In this document: positions 48,729 through 59,527 of the stretch, piece by piece
Numbering within the stretch: position 1 is the first letter of the stretch
How the letters are laid out: every line of letters starts with the position of its first letter
Source: Candidatus Latescibacterota bacterium
Lineage (GTDB): Bacteria; Latescibacterota; UBA2968; GCA-2709665
DNA length: 64,000 bases
Direction: 5' to 3'
Assembly: GCA_965222075.1 (NCBI GenBank)
Contig: OZ244937.1
Location: 3,296,001 to 3,360,000, forward strand
Made by a program: the position numbers and the translations under genes
Notes under the pieces: model-generated
Told to the model about the DNA's origin: nothing
The model's database searches: none
What the model saw: only the letters and a program-made list of their open reading frames with translations

Positions 48729-49175
48729 TCAAATGTCGCCAAGCGCCTCCAGGTCGGCGAGATCTTTCTGGCGCCCCGTCGAGCGCTTATTCTGCACCAA
48801 TTGCCGGCGGCCAATAAAAAAAACGGAAACATCGCCGTAAACACCCCGCTCTTTGTTGGTATCTGCTTCCTCCCAGGAAACACCCGTGATTGAGGTCACC
48901 AGATCCACCCGCACAGGAGGGTGTCCAAGCTGGATAACCCTGTCCGGAGCCACGAAATCTACCAGCGTCAGTCCCAAATCTCCAAAACCAAAGGCAGAAA
49001 ATGCGTCCAGAATACGCTGGGCATTCTCCGGATCCGGAGAAATCAGAACATCCAGATCTCCAGTGTAGCGAGGTGCGCCGTGGTGCGCAAGAGCATAAGC
49101 CCCTACGATCACGTAGGACACCTTATGGGCGTTGAACAAGGTGAGCAACGCTTTGAAGTCTTGCTGCGCTTCCAT
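48729..49175 (-). CDS. nucleotidyltransferase-family protein
   Basis: YVIVGAYAL..HG.PRYTGDLD, NKR.TGR.KDLADLEAL. Confidence 0.88.
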   Translation of the reverse strand: MEAQQDFKALLTLFNAHKVSYVIVGAYALAHHGAPRYTGDLDVLISPDPENAQRILDAFSAFGFGDLGLTLVDFVAPDRVIQLGHPPVRVDLVTSITGVSWEEADTNKERGVYGDVSVFFIGRRQLVQNKRSTGRQKDLADLEALGDI

Positions 49176-49323
49176 GCGCTTGTCGCCTGAGGTACTCTAC
49201 AGCCAGGATTCGCTCTTTGGGTGGCCGGCTCAACCAGTATGCCAGATCCTCTTTCTCTTGAGAAAATGTTCTCAAGTCTCGTTTTTGAACAACCTTCTCA
49301 ATCAACGACTGCCTCCCTGCCAA
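49123..49323 (-). CDS. small protein paired with the nucleotidyltransferase (TA-like)
   Basis: DLAYWLSRPP.ERI.AVE.LR motif; overlaps the downstream NTase start; true start probably about 49300. Confidence 0.65.
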   Translation of the reverse strand: MAGRQSLIEKVVQKRDLRTFSQEKEDLAYWLSRPPKERILAVEYLRRQAHGSAARLQSVAHLVQRP

Positions 49324-49398
49324 AAATCGGAATCCGCGTAAAAACAGTGAACCATCCCTGAACGGGAAAACCTGGTTAAATATAACCCAATTTCCCCA

Positions 49399-50595
49399 TT
49401 AATACAATGGCTCCCTGCTCACCGATAAACACATCAAATTATGGTATACCTCCACACCTGATCTCAACTGCTCCAGATCAATCCACTCATCCGCCGTGTG
49501 CCCCTGCGCAATATCTCCCGGACCCAGCACCACTGCCGGGATACCCACCTGGCTAAAACTGCTCGCATCCGTCCCATAGCCCACACCGGTCAACCCGGCC
49601 GGTAGCCCCATCCGCTCCAGCGTTGCTCGGACGAATGCGCCGAACGCTTCGCCTCCACTCGGGTCCAGCGGTGCATCCACCATATCGGGCACCTCCTGGA
49701 AAACCATCAAATCCGCATCGCTCGCCCGCAGTTCTTCCAGCACCTGCTCCACCGCCGGTATGACCTGACCCGCGTCCTCCCCGGGCACCACCCGCCGGTC
49801 CACATGGATCTCGCAGTGCTCCGGAATAATATTAATCTGCACCCCGCCTCGAATCAGATTGATACTGCACCGCGCCTTCCCGGTAAGCGGATGTTCCGTC
49901 GTCAACCTGGAAATATACCGCTCCTCCAGTGCCTCAATCACCTCTGTCATCATCCGAATGGCCGACCGCCCCCGGCCGGGATCCGAAGAATGCGCCGCCA
50001 CCCCCTCCGTCCGAATCCGCCAGCGCACCACCCCATTGTGCGCCGCCACCGCCCGCAGTCGTGTCGGTTCACCCACAATAGCCCCCACCGGCCGCCAGTC
50101 CAAATTCGGCAATTGCGACGCTACAAACGTGCGCACACCCGTCTTACTGACCTCCTCGTCCAGCGTAAACACGATCGCCACATTATTCGGTCCTCCCTCC
50201 CGACGGTATCGCCGCAGCGCCCACAACATCGCCGCGCCCGTACCCTTGGTATCACACGTCCCCCGTCCATACATTCTCCCATCCTCAATCCGCCCCGCAA
50301 ACGGACCCACCGTCATCCCCTCCACGCTCACCGTATCCAGGTGGCTCTCAAACAACAGCCACGGCGCCTGTACATCCACCTCGTGCGTCACCAGCAGATT
50401 AAACCCACCACCGCTCACCGGCAGCCGCCGCGTCTGCATCCCCATCGCCTCAGCCTGCGCCTCCATATACAGCGACAGCGCCCGCTCCGCATCCGGCCTG
50501 CCCGAAATCGCCGAATTCACCGTATCAAATCCCACCATCGCCTGCAGCAGGGACTCACAGGAATCATGCCCCTTCGTCACCAATCCTCCCCTCAT
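49399..50595 (-). CDS. M20 family metallopeptidase (ArgE/DapE-like)
   Basis: SHLDTV, GRGTCDTKG, DEE, GEPT, GTDA, GPG..H..DE. Confidence 0.93.
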   Translation of the reverse strand: MRGGLVTKGHDSCESLLQAMVGFDTVNSAISGRPDAERALSLYMEAQAEAMGMQTRRLPVSGGGFNLLVTHEVDVQAPWLLFESHLDTVSVEGMTVGPFAGRIEDGRMYGRGTCDTKGTGAAMLWALRRYRREGGPNNVAIVFTLDEEVSKTGVRTFVASQLPNLDWRPVGAIVGEPTRLRAVAAHNGVVRWRIRTEGVAAHSSDPGRGRSAIRMMTEVIEALEERYISRLTTEHPLTGKARCSINLIRGGVQINIIPEHCEIHVDRRVVPGEDAGQVIPAVEQVLEELRASDADLMVFQEVPDMVDAPLDPSGGEAFGAFVRATLERMGLPAGLTGVGYGTDASSFSQVGIPAVVLGPGDIAQGHTADEWIDLEQLRSGVEVYHNLMCLSVSREPLY

Positions 50596-51633
50596 TCATC
50601 GCCAGCGTTCCTCAAAAACCGAAATCGCAGTTCGAGCCGCCAGCATCGACGTCTGCACCCGTTCCTGAAAGCCGCCCCTCATCGTCATTCCCGTCTCAAT
50701 CGTAAACGACGGACCGTACTCGCTTGCTCCAAAATCGGCCAAATTCAACCCCTCTCCCCGCTCCTGAGCAATCAGCCAGAATACGCCGCGTTCTCCTTTC
50801 TCAAAAAACGACCCGGGCAAATAAGCTTCCGGCGCAAGCTCTGCCCCTGAATCGGCAACGGCCCGAATCATCGCATCGGCCATCCGCTTTTCCCACAGCT
50901 CATCATCCTCATTCCGCTGGTGTCGAGCGGAAAACCAGAAGCCGTCCCCCCCGTATTCGTGCAGGTCCAGCGTCAGCCCGGGCTGAATCCTGGCCATCAA
51001 ATTCCGCGTGCAGCGTGGTTCCACCGGCACCCAGGCCGTATCGTGAAACCGGTTGATGTGCAACACCTCACCTTCCGGACTCACAATCAGCGTATACGCT
51101 CTCTGGCAGGGCGCGGTCCCTTCAATGCCCTCGTCGCTCGAAGGATAGAAAATACGTCGTCCGAAAAGCGGTTCCAGAAAATCGGCCCCCGTCTCGAATC
51201 GCCCCAGAAGGCCCGTCGTCGAATACCCGTACTCGCCCATAATCGCAAGAACCGTCTCACCCTCCTCGTAAAGCACCTCGCCCTGCGCCTTCAGAATCGT
51301 CCGAACATCCTCCACCGAACCCAGATCCGGCACCTCACCCAGGCTCAGACCCAGCACGTACGCAAACCCATTCATCCCCATCGGATCGCGGCTGGGAATC
51401 ACATAAACCTGGTGCTCCGTGTCAAGCTCGTCCAGAAGCCTCACCGCTGCCCCTACCCCGGCCTGCTCCGTCGAATGGCTGCCCGCACTGATGAAAATAG
51501 CCGGTGTTTTCTCTCCCCCGGTCCTGAGACACACCACCGGCGCCCCATCCGGCGCGCATCCGAGCACACCGGGCTGGTATCCCTTTTTTTCGACCCACCC
51601 CAGAAGATCCGCATATCGATCAAAAATCTGCAT
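50596..51633 (-). CDS. M14-like zinc carboxypeptidase/deacylase
   Basis: AGSHSTE (HxxE), INR, LDLHE, FTIET. Confidence 0.75.
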   Translation of the reverse strand: MQIFDRYADLLGWVEKKGYQPGVLGCAPDGAPVVCLRTGGEKTPAIFISAGSHSTEQAGVGAAVRLLDELDTEHQVYVIPSRDPMGMNGFAYVLGLSLGEVPDLGSVEDVRTILKAQGEVLYEEGETVLAIMGEYGYSTTGLLGRFETGADFLEPLFGRRIFYPSSDEGIEGTAPCQRAYTLIVSPEGEVLHINRFHDTAWVPVEPRCTRNLMARIQPGLTLDLHEYGGDGFWFSARHQRNEDDELWEKRMADAMIRAVADSGAELAPEAYLPGSFFEKGERGVFWLIAQERGEGLNLADFGASEYGPSFTIETGMTMRGGFQERVQTSMLAARTAISVFEERWR

Positions 51634-51719
51634 GAAATCCCTCCTCCACGCTTCGTGGCTTCATGGCATTGTACCCTATCCCGTGTATTTTCCCTGTGTT
51701 TCTGAGGCATTCTTGATTT

Positions 51720-54700
51720 TCAAGGCCCAACACCCACCCAGCCGGAATTTAAAATCCTTACCTCATCACAAACAATCGCAGGATAATCCCGCACGGTAAT
51801 TGCACCCTCTGTGGCCGATGCAATCTCAAAACCCGTCCGGGGCGCCTCTCCGGCCAGCAAATAAGACCCGACGACTGCCTGCGGATCCGGCAACGGCTCG
51901 GCAAGATGAAACGTCCTGTCCTCCACCGACTGCACCTTCAACTTGGTACTCGCCTCCGCCAGTGAAATCTGCAAATCGCCACACCGCAACACCGTACCGT
52001 TCAGCAGATAGCCCTGCACGGCCTTGCCCTGATCGTCCACCGACACAAATCCAAACTGCCCCGCCACAGTCACCGGCCCGAACTGCCGCTCCTTTTGATC
52101 CATCGCTGAAATAATATAATCGGTCCGCCCTGTCAATTTCACCTCAACCGCCAGGGCACCGCAGTCCTGGTCATTTTCGAGCAACTGCGCCCCCACCACC
52201 GGTGAGCCTCCGGTTTCGTAGGGCGCCACCACCGCAGCATACCGGCTTGCAAGTTCCACATTGCCATCCCCGGCCCGGTTCTCCGCCAGAATTTGCCTGA
52301 TCAACGGTTTTTCCAACTCTTCAGTTGTTCCAATCCGCCATCCCGGAGCATCAGCGATCACGATCCGCCCCGGTGTATTGAGCAGCATCAAATCCAGATT
52401 CACATCCCGAAATTGCCAGGTAAATGTGGTCGGTCTTCCCGGCGTAATCGCCCGCGGATTCTCAAGCCACGTACCCCAGGCTTCCGCCAACTCCGCTGGC
52501 CGTGGCGCAGGCTCCGACGGCCTCATTCCCACCGGCGACCCGTTGCAGTGGAAGCTGTACTGATGGGTCCGCCCACCCTTGACCCGGAAAAAATCCACAA
52601 AATAGGTCTGTCCCTCCGGCGTCGTCACCATTACACAGGCGCGTCGATATTCCTCGCACTGTGGGTACACATTCACCCCTGAGGCCTGCACCACCTCAAT
52701 ACCGGGCGCCACGCCAAACAGCTCCAGATCGGAGCCGCACTCACGGTTGGCCTGCTCTTCTTCATCCACCACCACCAGATTGTGCGAAAAACTGCTCTTC
52801 ACCCAGCTTTGTCCGCTGCGACCGTCCGGAAGCCGCTGGCCGCTTCCGGAAAAATAACCGCGATCCGAAGCCAGTTCCTCCCCATACGCATAGATGCTCA
52901 AACTCAACACATCCTGCTGCCGGTGCCCGGTATGCAGCGTCCACTGGTGCTCATTACCGTTCAAATAAAGCGCTGTATCCTTCGTCTTCCGGCCGCCGCG
53001 CAATACGCCCACATGCCATCCGGGAAACCACTCCGACTGCAGCGGCAGCGTCGCCGCATCGGCCCGGAGATCGGATGGCCGGTACCACAGCGCATATTCG
53101 CTGCCTTTTTGGGACAATCTCGCCCCCTGTACAATCTCCAGCAAACCCGCATACGCGACACCCAGACGAGCGGCCAGAATCTCAACGGAACGGAGATCCG
53201 CGCCAGTATCGTACCGCGTATCTCCAATCACCGGCATGCGGTTTCCGGGGGCCAGCATCCGGACCAGAGACAGCAGGGAAAGGTGGAAACGGCCGCTTGA
53301 AAACATGTCCAACTGCTCAATCCGTTCCCCCTCCTCCGGTTGATAATCGGGTGGATCGCTATATCCGTTCAGCAAATCGGTCAGTTCATGCACATTCGAA
53401 AGATTGTGAGCCGAATAGGATGGCGACTCGGAGTAGAACCCATCGTGATGGTAGCGGTCTTCCAGCATGCGATGAAAACCGTCCAGCGCACGCCGGACTC
53501 TCTCAGGCTGTTCCAGAAGCATCCCCACCCCGGCGCTCAACACAAAGACCGCCGTGCCCTTATTGCTGAGAGAATTCCAGTGCTCCATATCCGCACACCC
53601 GGCCAGAATCAAATCCTCCAGAATCCGGCGCTCCGTATCCTCATCCAGCAACCGGCGGCCGTCCGGGTACTCCGCATCGCGAATCAGATCATAAGCAACC
53701 GTCAATGAAAACAACGCCCCGGCATCGCTCCCTTTCCCATGAACACTCATCCGGCCTGCGCCCCAGAACCCGTTGTTCATCGTGGAATAACCTTCAAACT
53801 GGTGCAAACCGTACGCATGTCGAATCGCACCCCTGGGAAAACGTCCCCCGCGAGGTCCACCCGCCGCCTCCTCTTTGCCCATATTGGCCGCCACCTCCGC
53901 AGGCGGAAGATCCGCAACACTGCCATCATAAGAATGATAGAGATAGTTCGGAAACACCCGGGCAAACCGATCCAGAATCCATACCACCCGCTCCGCGTAC
54001 CCCATCTCACCTGTCACCGCATAAAGCTTGGCCAGCGTCAACGCCTGTTCCCGGGCCCAGCCCACCTTGCGATCTCGAATATGACCGCTAAAACTCGTCA
54101 TCGTGGGCCGGTCCCCAAGCCATTTCAGCGCATGTTCCGCCCGATTCTCCGGATCGGCCACCTCTTCAGGCGTCTCATAATAGGTAAACCGCCGACCCAT
54201 ACGCGGACACTCCAGCACGCCGGTCTCCGGGTACTGCGCGTTGGGGTAAGCCGTGCCACAGGCGCTGCAGATAATCTCATCCGGATCGTCAATACGCCAA
54301 TCAAAGTGCCCGCCGCCCATCAATGACTGCTTACCCACACAGTGCGGGCAGTTCTGACCATAATGGGTCCCGGGGGTTAACTCCGGAATCAACGTATCGA
54401 AAAACATCCGATCCTGCTGCATAGCAAATCCAACACCCTTCTTCCACCCACTCACAATATCCTCCGCCCACCTGTAGCGTTGCAGATTTTGTCGGGCATT
54501 TTCGATATCCCCAGGTTTGTACATCGTGCGCGGTTGAGCCTGCACGCTCTTACATGCCATCAGCAGAACTGCCGGGAGACACAGCAGAACCGGAAACAGA
54601 ACACTTCTCGACATCCACACGTAAAATGCGGGAAGCAGAATTCCCAGGATTGCCACAACGGCTATCCGGGCCAGTTGTTTCATACATGCGGTGTGCGCCC

Positions 54701-54728
54701 TTTTCATATCGGCCTCCCCTTGACTCAT
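51720..54728 (-). CDS. heparinase II/III-family protein with CxxC pairs
   Basis: CPHC..CSAC, DGFYSESPSY, GHRQQD, SDRGY, SHNLVVVD; start uncertain. Confidence 0.82.
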   Translation of the reverse strand: MSQGEADMKRAHTACMKQLARIAVVAILGILLPAFYVWMSRSVLFPVLLCLPAVLLMACKSVQAQPRTMYKPGDIENARQNLQRYRWAEDIVSGWKKGVGFAMQQDRMFFDTLIPELTPGTHYGQNCPHCVGKQSLMGGGHFDWRIDDPDEIICSACGTAYPNAQYPETGVLECPRMGRRFTYYETPEEVADPENRAEHALKWLGDRPTMTSFSGHIRDRKVGWAREQALTLAKLYAVTGEMGYAERVVWILDRFARVFPNYLYHSYDGSVADLPPAEVAANMGKEEAAGGPRGGRFPRGAIRHAYGLHQFEGYSTMNNGFWGAGRMSVHGKGSDAGALFSLTVAYDLIRDAEYPDGRRLLDEDTERRILEDLILAGCADMEHWNSLSNKGTAVFVLSAGVGMLLEQPERVRRALDGFHRMLEDRYHHDGFYSESPSYSAHNLSNVHELTDLLNGYSDPPDYQPEEGERIEQLDMFSSGRFHLSLLSLVRMLAPGNRMPVIGDTRYDTGADLRSVEILAARLGVAYAGLLEIVQGARLSQKGSEYALWYRPSDLRADAATLPLQSEWFPGWHVGVLRGGRKTKDTALYLNGNEHQWTLHTGHRQQDVLSLSIYAYGEELASDRGYFSGSGQRLPDGRSGQSWVKSSFSHNLVVVDEEEQANRECGSDLELFGVAPGIEVVQASGVNVYPQCEEYRRACVMVTTPEGQTYFVDFFRVKGGRTHQYSFHCNGSPVGMRPSEPAPRPAELAEAWGTWLENPRAITPGRPTTFTWQFRDVNLDLMLLNTPGRIVIADAPGWRIGTTEELEKPLIRQILAENRAGDGNVELASRYAAVVAPYETGGSPVVGAQLLENDQDCGALAVEVKLTGRTDYIISAMDQKERQFGPVTVAGQFGFVSVDDQGKAVQGYLLNGTVLRCGDLQISLAEASTKLKVQSVEDRTFHLAEPLPDPQAVVGSYLLAGEAPRTGFEIASATEGAITVRDYPAIVCDEVRILNSGWVGVGP

Positions 54729-55546
54729 CGACTATAGAGTGAATCTGCCGTCTTGCCTAAAATCCATCCTTTGTCTTCATCCGAAAGAAAATCCATCGCT
54801 TCTTCAATCACACGGAAACCAACCGCCTCTCCACGCTGAGGATCCTCCGGAAATCCCGTACACCCCAGCATCCGCCCGGGCCCGAAAGCCTCGTACACAG
54901 CCTTGACATAGGGATAAACATCCTCATGCGGCCACGGCTGCTCGGAAATCCCGTCAATCCGGGTCGCTTTCACATAGAGATTGGGATATTTCGCCGCCTC
55001 CAGCAAGTGCCGGAAACTGCCGTCCAGCCCCTCGGACAGGACCGGCTCGCCCAGATGATCCACAATCACATTCACCTCGGGGAATCGCTGCAACATCGGC
55101 TCCAGCAACGGAATCTGATGGCAACGCCCGAACCAAGTGAACGGAATACCCAGCCTTCGCGCCGTCTCCCAAAGCGTCTTCTGCTCATCGCGTGACAGCC
55201 ACGAAGCATCCTGATCCTTAATCGGATACAACCGCATCCCCTGCACCCCATGTTCGCTGTGCAACCGCTCCAACGTTTCAGCGGCGCCCGGTTTCACGGG
55301 ATCGATCAAAGCCACCCCGTGCAGACGATCCGGAAATCGCCGCAAACAATCACACATATAACTATTGTCATACCCGTGATACATACACTGGATAAGAACC
55401 GTCCGGTCAATCTTATTGAGCTCCATGTACCCGATGAGACCTTCTACCAGCCCCGGATAATCGGGCCGTCGTGTAGACATGTCATCATTGTGGGTAAACG
55501 GCGGCGAACCCAGTGTCCACACGTGCACATGAGAATCGATTCGCAT
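54725..55546 (-). CDS. amidohydrolase_2 family protein
   Basis: IDSHVHVW, GYDNSY, G.RL, IVDHLG, FGPGRML. Confidence 0.9.
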   Translation of the reverse strand: MRIDSHVHVWTLGSPPFTHNDDMSTRRPDYPGLVEGLIGYMELNKIDRTVLIQCMYHGYDNSYMCDCLRRFPDRLHGVALIDPVKPGAAETLERLHSEHGVQGMRLYPIKDQDASWLSRDEQKTLWETARRLGIPFTWFGRCHQIPLLEPMLQRFPEVNVIVDHLGEPVLSEGLDGSFRHLLEAAKYPNLYVKATRIDGISEQPWPHEDVYPYVKAVYEAFGPGRMLGCTGFPEDPQRGEAVGFRVIEEAMDFLSDEDKGWILGKTADSLYSR

Positions 55547-55805
55547 GGTCTTCTCCCTCTCGGAAACGCGCCCAACACCCGATCCGCTCTTCATCGGTCA
55601 TACCCGTCGCTATTCCTCCGGAGTCAAAATGCATATCGGCCAGCCCGACCCAAAATATAGACAAACATCCCCCAGGCGCAAACACACTTCCAGGCAGTCC
55701 GTGTCGAGACCGAAAATTATCTTCTTTCATAGCGATACCGAAATGTTATCTTGCACCAGAATTCGGAAACCCGCAATGGCGTACAAAAACGAGGGATGCG
55801 ACAGA

Positions 55806-58325
55806 ATGGAAAACCCCGACACGCAGCGATGGATACACCCGGCCGGATTTTTGGATCTGGCAACCCTTGAAGAGCTGAAGCAAAAGATCCGGTCCCTGGA
55901 CTGGGCAAAAAAGGTCGTCGAAGATTTAAACGCGGATGTACAGCCGTGGCTGGCACAACCCCTCGAACGGATTGAGGCGCTGATGCCGAAACGAAAGATG
56001 CAGGTCTACTGGCTGATGATATGCCCGGAGTGCCGGGAAAGACTGACCTTTGATCCGTTCAATGATAAAGAAGCCACCTGCCCCCGGTGCGACAAAGCCC
56101 GCCCCCTCAATCAGCAATCTACGGCGGTACATCTGACCGGCAAATATGCCGGCACCTTATACGAGGGCTGGGGCTGCTCCTACATACAGGCCATGGCAAA
56201 CACGGCGCAACACCTCGCGTTATTGCACGCTCTGGGTGCGGATCGTTCTTACGCCGTACACAGCGCCGGGATCCTGAAGCTTTTTGCAAAACATATTCAA
56301 TCTCTACCTGTTCAAGGCAGCGGCACAGAGCAGGTCATCTGGACCTATAATATGGAAGGCGACTGCGTCATCGTCCTCGCGCTGGCGGAAACCTATGAAC
56401 TCCTGAGATCCATCGAAGGCCTCTTTAGCCCAGGAGAACACCTGCAGATCCGGCAGAACCTGCTCAAACATTGGGCCGACGCGGTCTTCCGTGTAGAAAA
56501 GGACAGCAGCCCGCGCCATAACGGCATGTACTCCTATCTCAGCTCCGTAGCGATCGTAGGCTGCGCCATCGAGAGCACGGACTATGTGGACTGGGCTTTC
56601 GGCCATCGCAATTACGCTTTCGAGCACCGCCCCAACCACCACAGCCTTGGCTGGCTCACCCAGAACAACTATCTGGCCGATGGCGCTTTCTGGGGTCTTT
56701 GCAGCGCCTACCATTTATATGCCCTGGGCCCAAACTGCCGGGTTCTCGTACTCGGCCACAGGCTTTCGCATCAAATGCCGGACCTGTTCCCGCCGGAAAT
56801 CTACGACGAACTGCACCCCCAAAACCCCAGATCCCGTGTGCTGCGCCGAGCCATCAAATGGTTCACGGCCCAGGCGTTCCCGGACCTGACCGTAGCGCCA
56901 ACCGGAGACATGGGCGGACGTGCGAGCCTGGTCACTTATCCGCTCACGGCCGAAATCGGATACCGCTACCTGAACGTGGAAGAAGTGGGTTCATACCGCG
57001 ACCTGCGGGAGGGTGAAAGAGGACTGATCGGACTTCTGTACGGAGCGGACACCATTGAGGAGAAACCCGTACCCTACCGGAGCGCTCACCTCTCCAGCGG
57101 GTACGTCGCTTTGAAACGGGAAGCGAACGGCAACCGCCTGTATGCCGGGCTGAACGCTCTCCTGCCTGGTTCTGGACACGCCCACGCAGATCGACTGAAT
57201 CTAATCACCTTTTCACATGACCGAATGCTAACCGGTGAGAAGAGCACACACTACGAAGACCCGGACCAGCGCATTTACAGCGGCGCATCATACGCCCACA
57301 ATACCGTAACCGTAGATGAAACTTCGCAGGTTCATGGCGACAAACTCCAGGATGAACAGGTCCCGCACATCCACGCATTTGTCGACCTCCCCGCGGGACA
57401 GGTGGCCGAAGCCCACGGAGACCGCATTTATGAGCAGACGGAGACCTACCGCCGCATCGTATGCCAGTTCGACGCGTATCTACTGGATATCTTCCGCGTG
57501 CAGGGTGGAAAAATACACGATTGGCTCTACCATGGCATCGGAGAGGCGCCTCAGATTCGGCTCACAATAAAAAACAGAACCGGATTCGAACCGGCACTTT
57601 ATGTCATGCGGGGCGAACCAGGCTACAAGGAGGGTCTTGCGGAGGACTCATTCGCGGCAACGTGGCGCATTCCAGCCGAGCCTGAATCCCCTGACCCCGG
57701 CAGGCGAAAAGATCTATTTTCCCGGGTTACGCAGTCCGGTTCACCCGGTCAGATCGCTTTCCTCCTGAACACCTATCCCGACCCCGGCAGGCACAGCCTG
57801 ATGGTTCGCCATCGGGAGACAAATGTACCCTTCGTGGCCGTTCACGAAGCCTACGTCAACAAACCCGTAGCCACCGATGTCCGGATCTTGCCGGGCGATG
57901 CCGCTGCCATCGTACAGATCGCGCACGCGGACGGCGGGAAGCGGCTGGCAATCTACGAATCCGGTTCAGGGCCTGAAGGTCTTGGCTTGGTGGGACGCTT
58001 CGCCGCAATTGCTCGCGACCCCGTTGGCCGGCCGCGCAGCATCATACTGGTCCACGCTAAAGAATTCAGTTCCGGCGGAATCCGCATCCGGGCAGACCGG
58101 CATGTCACACTGTCGGCCATCTTCAACGACGAATCCATTCATCTGGTATCCTGTCCACCGGTGGCCTACGAAACGCTGGAGGGTCAACCTGTCTACAACA
58201 CCGGTCACGAGACCAACTTATGTATCGACCTCCCGCCACATGGGTCGCGAAGGGACAAAAACATCCAAATCCGACTACCGGGGCAAACAAAAAATGGACC
58301 CGTTTGCATCAAGGTGTCGCGATGA
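55806..58325 (+). CDS. heparinase II/III / alginate-lyase-like protein with CxxC pairs
   Basis: CPEC..CPRC, HN, DGAFW..YH.Y, GHAHADRL, AHNTVTVDE. Confidence 0.85.
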   Translation: MENPDTQRWIHPAGFLDLATLEELKQKIRSLDWAKKVVEDLNADVQPWLAQPLERIEALMPKRKMQVYWLMICPECRERLTFDPFNDKEATCPRCDKARPLNQQSTAVHLTGKYAGTLYEGWGCSYIQAMANTAQHLALLHALGADRSYAVHSAGILKLFAKHIQSLPVQGSGTEQVIWTYNMEGDCVIVLALAETYELLRSIEGLFSPGEHLQIRQNLLKHWADAVFRVEKDSSPRHNGMYSYLSSVAIVGCAIESTDYVDWAFGHRNYAFEHRPNHHSLGWLTQNNYLADGAFWGLCSAYHLYALGPNCRVLVLGHRLSHQMPDLFPPEIYDELHPQNPRSRVLRRAIKWFTAQAFPDLTVAPTGDMGGRASLVTYPLTAEIGYRYLNVEEVGSYRDLREGERGLIGLLYGADTIEEKPVPYRSAHLSSGYVALKREANGNRLYAGLNALLPGSGHAHADRLNLITFSHDRMLTGEKSTHYEDPDQRIYSGASYAHNTVTVDETSQVHGDKLQDEQVPHIHAFVDLPAGQVAEAHGDRIYEQTETYRRIVCQFDAYLLDIFRVQGGKIHDWLYHGIGEAPQIRLTIKNRTGFEPALYVMRGEPGYKEGLAEDSFAATWRIPAEPESPDPGRRKDLFSRVTQSGSPGQIAFLLNTYPDPGRHSLMVRHRETNVPFVAVHEAYVNKPVATDVRILPGDAAAIVQIAHADGGKRLAIYESGSGPEGLGLVGRFAAIARDPVGRPRSIILVHAKEFSSGGIRIRADRHVTLSAIFNDESIHLVSCPPVAYETLEGQPVYNTGHETNLCIDLPPHGSRRDKNIQIRLPGQTKNGPVCIKVSR

Positions 58326-58386
58326 CTCGGTCCTCGGTGCAGGGGCATCAGGATCGGTGAACCTACCCGGAGGTCCGGAAGTCTGC

Positions 58387-59439
58387 TTATTCCATCGTAC
58401 CAAGCCCCAAGCCTCTCAGATCCGCCACCGTATTATTTTCCTCCGCCTCATACAGTTTCCAGATCACCTTGAGGCCTTCAAGGCTGGACACGGGATCGGT
58501 CAACGGCTTTTGACCGGTCTCAATGCAATCGATAAAATGCGCCATCTCCACTTCCGTGGGTTTGGCGTGTTTTTCCTCCAGCAGCACCACCTCCCGTTGA
58601 CCGGGATCGTGCTCGCCGGGCACATGTTTTTCCACGTCCCCCAGGTAAACCACCCGTCCCCGCGCCAGATGCAGTTCGACCATCCCCTTCTCACAATGCG
58701 CGTGAAAAGAATATCCAAGCCGCGTACCCCGGGCGCCCCAGGTCCCAAAATGATATCCCAGGATACCGTCCTCAAACTCAATGGACACATTGCTCGTACC
58801 CTCTTTCTCCATCCACGGCGTACCTCGGTTTGTGCCCAGGTGCACCCCCTTCACCGGCCTGCCAAGCATCCAAAGCATCAAATCGATATAATGACAACCG
58901 TGGCTGAAAAACTGGCCGCCGCCAAGAGTACCGGCCCTGCAGTGCCAGCTCTCCGGCCCCCGCTGCGTATGCTGCTCCGTCCAGATCGACAACTGGAACA
59001 CCTCTCCGAACATCTTGCTATCCAGCACCTCCTTGAACTTCAGGACCAGAGGGTGAAACCGCATGCAGTAGGCCACCATCAGAACCCGGTCATTCCGCCT
59101 TGCGGCCTCTATCATCTGCAGACATTCCTGCTCGCTATTGGCCATCGGCTTTTCCACCAGCACGTGTTTGCCCGCATCCAAACACCGAACCGTAACCGGA
59201 TGGTGAAGATGATGCGGCAGCACCACAAGCGTCGCATCCACATGCCCCAGAATCTCTTCATAATCCGCAGCAACCACCGGCTCATTGGGAAAATGCTCCG
59301 CCACCGCCCGTGCCCGCTCCAGGTCAATATCCACCACTGCCGCAATCTCCACCCTGTCGAGCACCTCGCTCATCCGGCTGGCATGCGACCTCGCCATCCC
59401 GCCGCATCCGACAATCCCCACCCGTGTTCTTGTTGCCAT
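58387..59439 (-). CDS. Gfo/Idh/MocA oxidoreductase
   Basis: GIVGCGG, H.H, GKHVLVEKP, GGG..HGCHYID. Confidence 0.95.
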   Translation of the reverse strand: MATRTRVGIVGCGGMARSHASRMSEVLDRVEIAAVVDIDLERARAVAEHFPNEPVVAADYEEILGHVDATLVVLPHHLHHPVTVRCLDAGKHVLVEKPMANSEQECLQMIEAARRNDRVLMVAYCMRFHPLVLKFKEVLDSKMFGEVFQLSIWTEQHTQRGPESWHCRAGTLGGGQFFSHGCHYIDLMLWMLGRPVKGVHLGTNRGTPWMEKEGTSNVSIEFEDGILGYHFGTWGARGTRLGYSFHAHCEKGMVELHLARGRVVYLGDVEKHVPGEHDPGQREVVLLEEKHAKPTEVEMAHFIDCIETGQKPLTDPVSSLEGLKVIWKLYEAEENNTVADLRGLGLGTME

Positions 59440-59527
59440 CTCCCCTGCCTCCATTTCTTTTTTATCTGATTCCGATTCTTCATCATCCCCTGCACTTATC
59501 CTCCCTCAACAGCTGTCAAACGATACG

